From assembly GCA_048128005.1 (NCBI GenBank), contig JBEUKZ010000015.1, positions 1-64,000 of the forward strand: a stretch of DNA of 64,000 nt, written 5' to 3'. A program made the position numbers and the translations under genes. The DNA comes from Veleropilina oligotropha. Its lineage: Eukaryota. The notes under the pieces are model-generated. The model made no database searches, was not told the DNA's origin, and worked only from the letters and a program-made list of their open reading frames with translations. This document shows, one piece after another, positions 59,800 to 64,000 of the stretch; the first letter of the stretch is position 1, and each line of letters opens with the position of its first letter.

Positions 59800-60005
59800 G
59801 TCATGTCCATATCATCATGAGGAGAAAGTTCTGTCGCCAGGGGAAAACCGCCCTCTCGGGTCAATTTCGGACAACTTTGATTGATAACTGAACAAAGATG
59901 TTAATGCCCCAGCTGCGATTCGAACTCACTCCTGTTAGTTAAGCACAATCGAGCTTGTGATTGTGGAGCCGACACTCGATACCACACGACTACCGGGGCG
60001 GTCTC
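59800..60005 (-). mobile_element. tRNA-derived SINE copy
   Basis: GATTCGAACTC B box, CACTCGATACCACACG A-box side, AAAACCGCCCTCTC matching the 49003 copy. Confidence 0.6.
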
Positions 60006-60224
60006 AAACATCTAAGGAGTTCCAATAACATTATGTTACATAATAGAATGTTTATCCATTGCCATACGACAATTAACATGCATACAACTTATTTTTAAAT
60101 AATATTAAAAAACAAAATCAGCAAAACATCGTTCACGTTATGTACATAATGGAATATTATTTTTGACCGTTCTGTGATAGATTCATTGGTCAGGATAATG
60201 AAATCATAATTATAAATGCTTAGA

Positions 60225-63200
60225 TAGATAGTTAGATATTTATTTTCCTCCACATGTAAATACAATAATAATTTTCTGTCATGCACCATTAATAATATAT
60301 TTACAAGAGAAAGGACGACACCTGAGTCTATGACAGACTGTTCCTGTTTAGGCGATGTCGCCCTTGTAACATTATTAATCTAAGATAAATATATATATAA
60401 TAATAATACAATATAAAGAAAGTAGTGTAGTGTTTAATTCAGTTTGTGTAAATAAGATACTAGCAATGATATTTTCAATTGGGCATTAATATAGATTCAT
60501 GTCATGGTAAGTCTACGTGAAGATAGAAATGGATAAATAGTTATGTTTGTTGCTTTTGTGATACTGGTTGCTAGTATTGGGCAATGTGTATTTTGATTAT
60601 GCTGGTCGTGAATGCTTGTAAAGATGATGTATTTTTTTGTCTTGTTTTTAAGCGTCCCCGCAAAGCTGGCATTTTACATAAATAACTGCGATTATATATA
60701 GCCATATTGTGGCGTTGTATTATTGGATCGTGTCTACTGCGTGTGTTGTAGTGATGCATATGTGAATTTGTAACAAATATATTGTGTATTTGTATTGGTA
60801 ATTTTTTGTGATAATATTTATGGCCAAGTTTATATAAATCGAGGTCGATCATGTCTGTTATTTTTAATATTTTAAACTTTTGAAGATGTAATTTGTGTGC
60901 TCGTTATACTTAGCATTTACAATGAGTCTAACACATTTTTTTTGTAATTTAAACAAATTGTTTATATGCTCTTTTTTCATTAATGGACCCCATAGAGACA
61001 AACCATACGTTAATTGACAATGTATTGTAGCAAAATACAAAGATCTTTTTATTTTAATGGGCAATTTGTTTTTGCAGCATCGTAGAGTATATATGCTTCT
61101 ATGTAATTTATTATAAATATATTTGAAATGATCGCAAAAATTTAGATTTTCAACATTAATGATACCTAGGAATTTTGTAGATTTTGCTTCTTGCACTACA
61201 TTTCCATCTAGTAATAATTGTGAGTTACTATTTTGTGGTTCACATGCTTTCGGTTTAAATAATATATAATTTGTTTTAATAATATTTAAGGACAATTTTT
61301 TGCTTTTAATCCAATTACTCAATATTTTAAAATCTTTATTTACATTTTTAAACAATTCAGTTAACGATTTGTTACTGTCATATGCAGTTGTGTCATCTGC
61401 AAAATTTATTAATTTCAGGATCGTCAAGCATTTATTTAAATCATTAATATATAGCAAAAATAATAACGGTCCTAAAACTGACCCTTGTGGCACTCCATAT
61501 TGCACATTTTGATACGTAGATAGTGTTATTTCCTGTGTGGCGTCATTAAATAATTGGACACGTTGTTGTCGGTTTGATCAATAGCTTTTAAACCATCTGT
61601 TTGGAAGGCCTCTGATCCCATAGAAATTTAATTTAGTAAGTAATATGTCATGATCAATTGTGTCAAATGCTTTAGACAAATCTAATAATAAAGCTAGAGT
61701 ATACTTTTGATCTTCGAAACCTGCTATAATATGATTTAGGAGTTCAGTTATTGCATCGATGGTGTTATGAATTTTTCTAAATCCATATTGACTATTATAG
61801 AGAATGTTGTAAGTTATTAAAAAGGAATATAATCGTTTATGAATTATCTTATACAGAACTCTTGATACTGCGGGCAGAAGTGATATAGGTCTATAGTTGG
61901 CAATCAAATGCTTATCTTTATTTTTGTAGATTGGCACCACTTCCGCTAATTTCATTCCTTGTGGCAAAAACACCAGTTTCAATTGATTTATTAAATATTG
62001 TTACAAGTGGTTTATTAATTTAATGACGTAATTGTTTTAAGAGTACATTATTTATATTGTCATGCCCGCTACTATTTTTACTTTGTAGGCTTTGAATAGT
62101 TTCTGTCACTTCAACTATGTCCGTCGGAGACAAAAATAAACTCAATTGTATTCTATCGGTTAAGTAATTGTTGTATGATTTGTCTGCGGTTGGTATTTTA
62201 CTCGCCGTTTCTTTTCCTATTGTGGAAAAATAATTAAAAAATTTATCGCCTTTTTCAGTTTGGTTTTCAATTTTAATTCCATCGCTGTTTATAAAACTAG
62301 GTATTCCAGATCTGTTGTTATGCTTGCCAATTATATTGTTAATGGTGCCCCACAGTTTCTTTGAATCATTTTAAAATTTTATTATTCTTTCGTTATAATA
62401 TTGATTTTTTGCGTTTCTCTTTATTTTATTGTACATATTTCTATACGTAACATATGTTTTATAAGCTGTATCTGTTTTTTGCTGCCCTATGGATTTTCGA
62501 TACAGAAGATCACATTTTTTGGAACATTTAATTAATCCTTTTGTCATGAATGCAGTGTTTATTATGTTTCTAGGATAAATTGTTATTTGTTTTTCTGGTG
62601 CAATGTGATCCAGTACATTGACAATTATATCAGAATATATATTGAATCCGTCATCTGCATCGAGTGAATTTAGCATATCCCAGTCAAAATTATGAAAATA
62701 GTTATTTAGTTTTAGGATTTTTTGGTCGGTTAAACTTCGTGTTGTGGTGCCCAACTCCTCGTAAATAATAGTCAATTTGGTCTATTTTCACAGATTTGTG
62801 GATCGATGTTTGGCCCGGAGAGACCTGTCACGCGTATGTGGTACTCCTTTGTCGGGTGTATTGTGTCGTCCTTGTGTACCCGATTTACCATTAACACCGT
62901 CATTGTTTCTCTTGCTGGAGCTCATTATTGTCATTCTGGTCGAATAATAGCCTCCACAGAGTCGTGTAGTTGTGAATTCGGGCACTTGTTGTCTGTTGCA
63001 GTTCTAAAGTTGTACAGACATAATTAAAATGTTATTTTTTTGTTATTAAATATGTCTTTGTTGTACGAATATCGATATACACGTTTATCACACACGACGA
63101 GAATTGTATTTGATATATTGTTTGTATAATTTTTGAGCAGTTGATGGATATTTTACAAAGAGAGTGTTGAGCTTGAATGACTGCCGGAACGTCTGTTTTT

Positions 63201-63410
63201 AGTACAGTTGAATTCGATTATATAGTATAGCACGTAATATATCGAAACATGATAGTTGTTCTCACATCCGTGTATCCGATGTATGATATGATGTTATATA
63301 TCGTTATAAGTCCATCATTTCTTTCTTAATCCATCGTTTTAGTTATAAATATCCATATAGGCAGGAGCCCTAGTTTTCACCACTTCTACTCAGCGGCCAT
63401 CTTGACGTTT
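60225..63410 (-). mobile_element. Decayed CR1/L2-group LINE (family C) with internal deletion
   Basis: NYRPISLL, DLSKAFDTIDH, GVPQGSVLGP, FADDTT; 3' stem-loop 60312-60363; CAAGATGGCCG 5' motif near 63405. Confidence 0.85.
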
Positions 63411-63612
63411 TTGGCCATATATCGTGGGATGAAAGCCAGGTCGCACGGGAAAACCGTCTTCACCGACTAGTTTTGCACAATGGTTAATTATACAAAGTGC
63501 CCAGCCGAGGATTCGAACCCACGTATGTTATTCAATTTAAAATCTAAGAGTGATTCAGCAATGACCAATAAAAAATATGGAAAATATGATCTTTGGTGTA
63601 GAACAGATATGA

Positions 63613-63698
63613 AGCTGTGAGCAGGGTTCGAGCCTACGCAGGCATTGTAATTGTATTTCAAGTCCAACGCCTTAACTGAGCCACTCGGCCATCACAAC
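63613..63698 (-). pseudogene. tRNA-Ser(UGA)-derived pseudogene or SINE head
   Basis: GTTGTGATGGCCGAGTGG(ctcag)TTAAGGCGTTGGACTTGAAAT...GGCTCGAACCCTGCTCACAGC; D-loop insertion, T-loop and variable-arm changes. Confidence 0.75.
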
Positions 63699-64000
63699 TC
63701 GCGTATATTTTAGCCAAATCTATCACTATGTTATAATGATTTTTTACCAATAATGTTGATATTAATTTATATATAAGGCGACAGTCGGGAAGAAATTTCT
63801 GCAAGGTGCTTGAAAGTCACAGTGAGTAGGGTTCAAGCAACGGATTTCGAGTTATCTACTTATCTACGCGGTCTAAACAGTCATATCCCACTCGCCTATA
63901 TCATCTATTATGTTATTGTTAAATGACCAATATAACACCCCAGTCATGTGATATATATTATAACTATTGTCTTCTGATCACAGAAGCGATGGTTTGCCAT

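Noticed and set aside
63613..63698. Functional tRNA-Ser gene
   Set aside because: 5-nt D-loop insertion, altered T-loop (GGCTCGA) and disrupted anticodon-stem/variable-arm pairing

Overview
Eukaryotic, AT-rich, repeat-saturated DNA, probably from a marine invertebrate (inferred from the TE mix). I can identify no host gene. The window is mostly two large stacks of nested mobile elements. The main feature is a GC-rich, intron-free, apparently complete 15.4-kb endogenous Polinton/Maverick-like virus (15457-30845) with AG...CT terminal inverted repeats and a CGTGT target-site duplication (TSD). It encodes a putative double-jelly-roll major capsid protein, a putative penton, an A32/FtsK-type packaging ATPase and an rve integrase. 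It also encodes several membrane proteins (one with PSAP and LYPxL late-domain motifs), a secreted Cys-rich peptide and an unusual 1223-aa replicase: vOTU-like protease + exonuclease-less pPolB-like polymerase + SF1 helicase + HNH-like nuclease. I found no adenain-type protease. The virus sits inside a palindromic MITE-like repeat, which sits inside a 28.3-kb IS3EU-like element (3905-32234, 6-bp TSD CATTCC) that splits a LINE and also hosts three levels of LINE/MITE insertions. The second stack (45970-59057) is Kolobok-like > MULE-like > RTEX-like LINE > SINE/Harbinger/Helentron-like. The rest is decayed CR1/L2, RTEX-like and Penelope fragments, SINEs, microsatellites and a tRNA-Ser pseudogene. 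All family calls come from motif recognition by eye; no searches were run.
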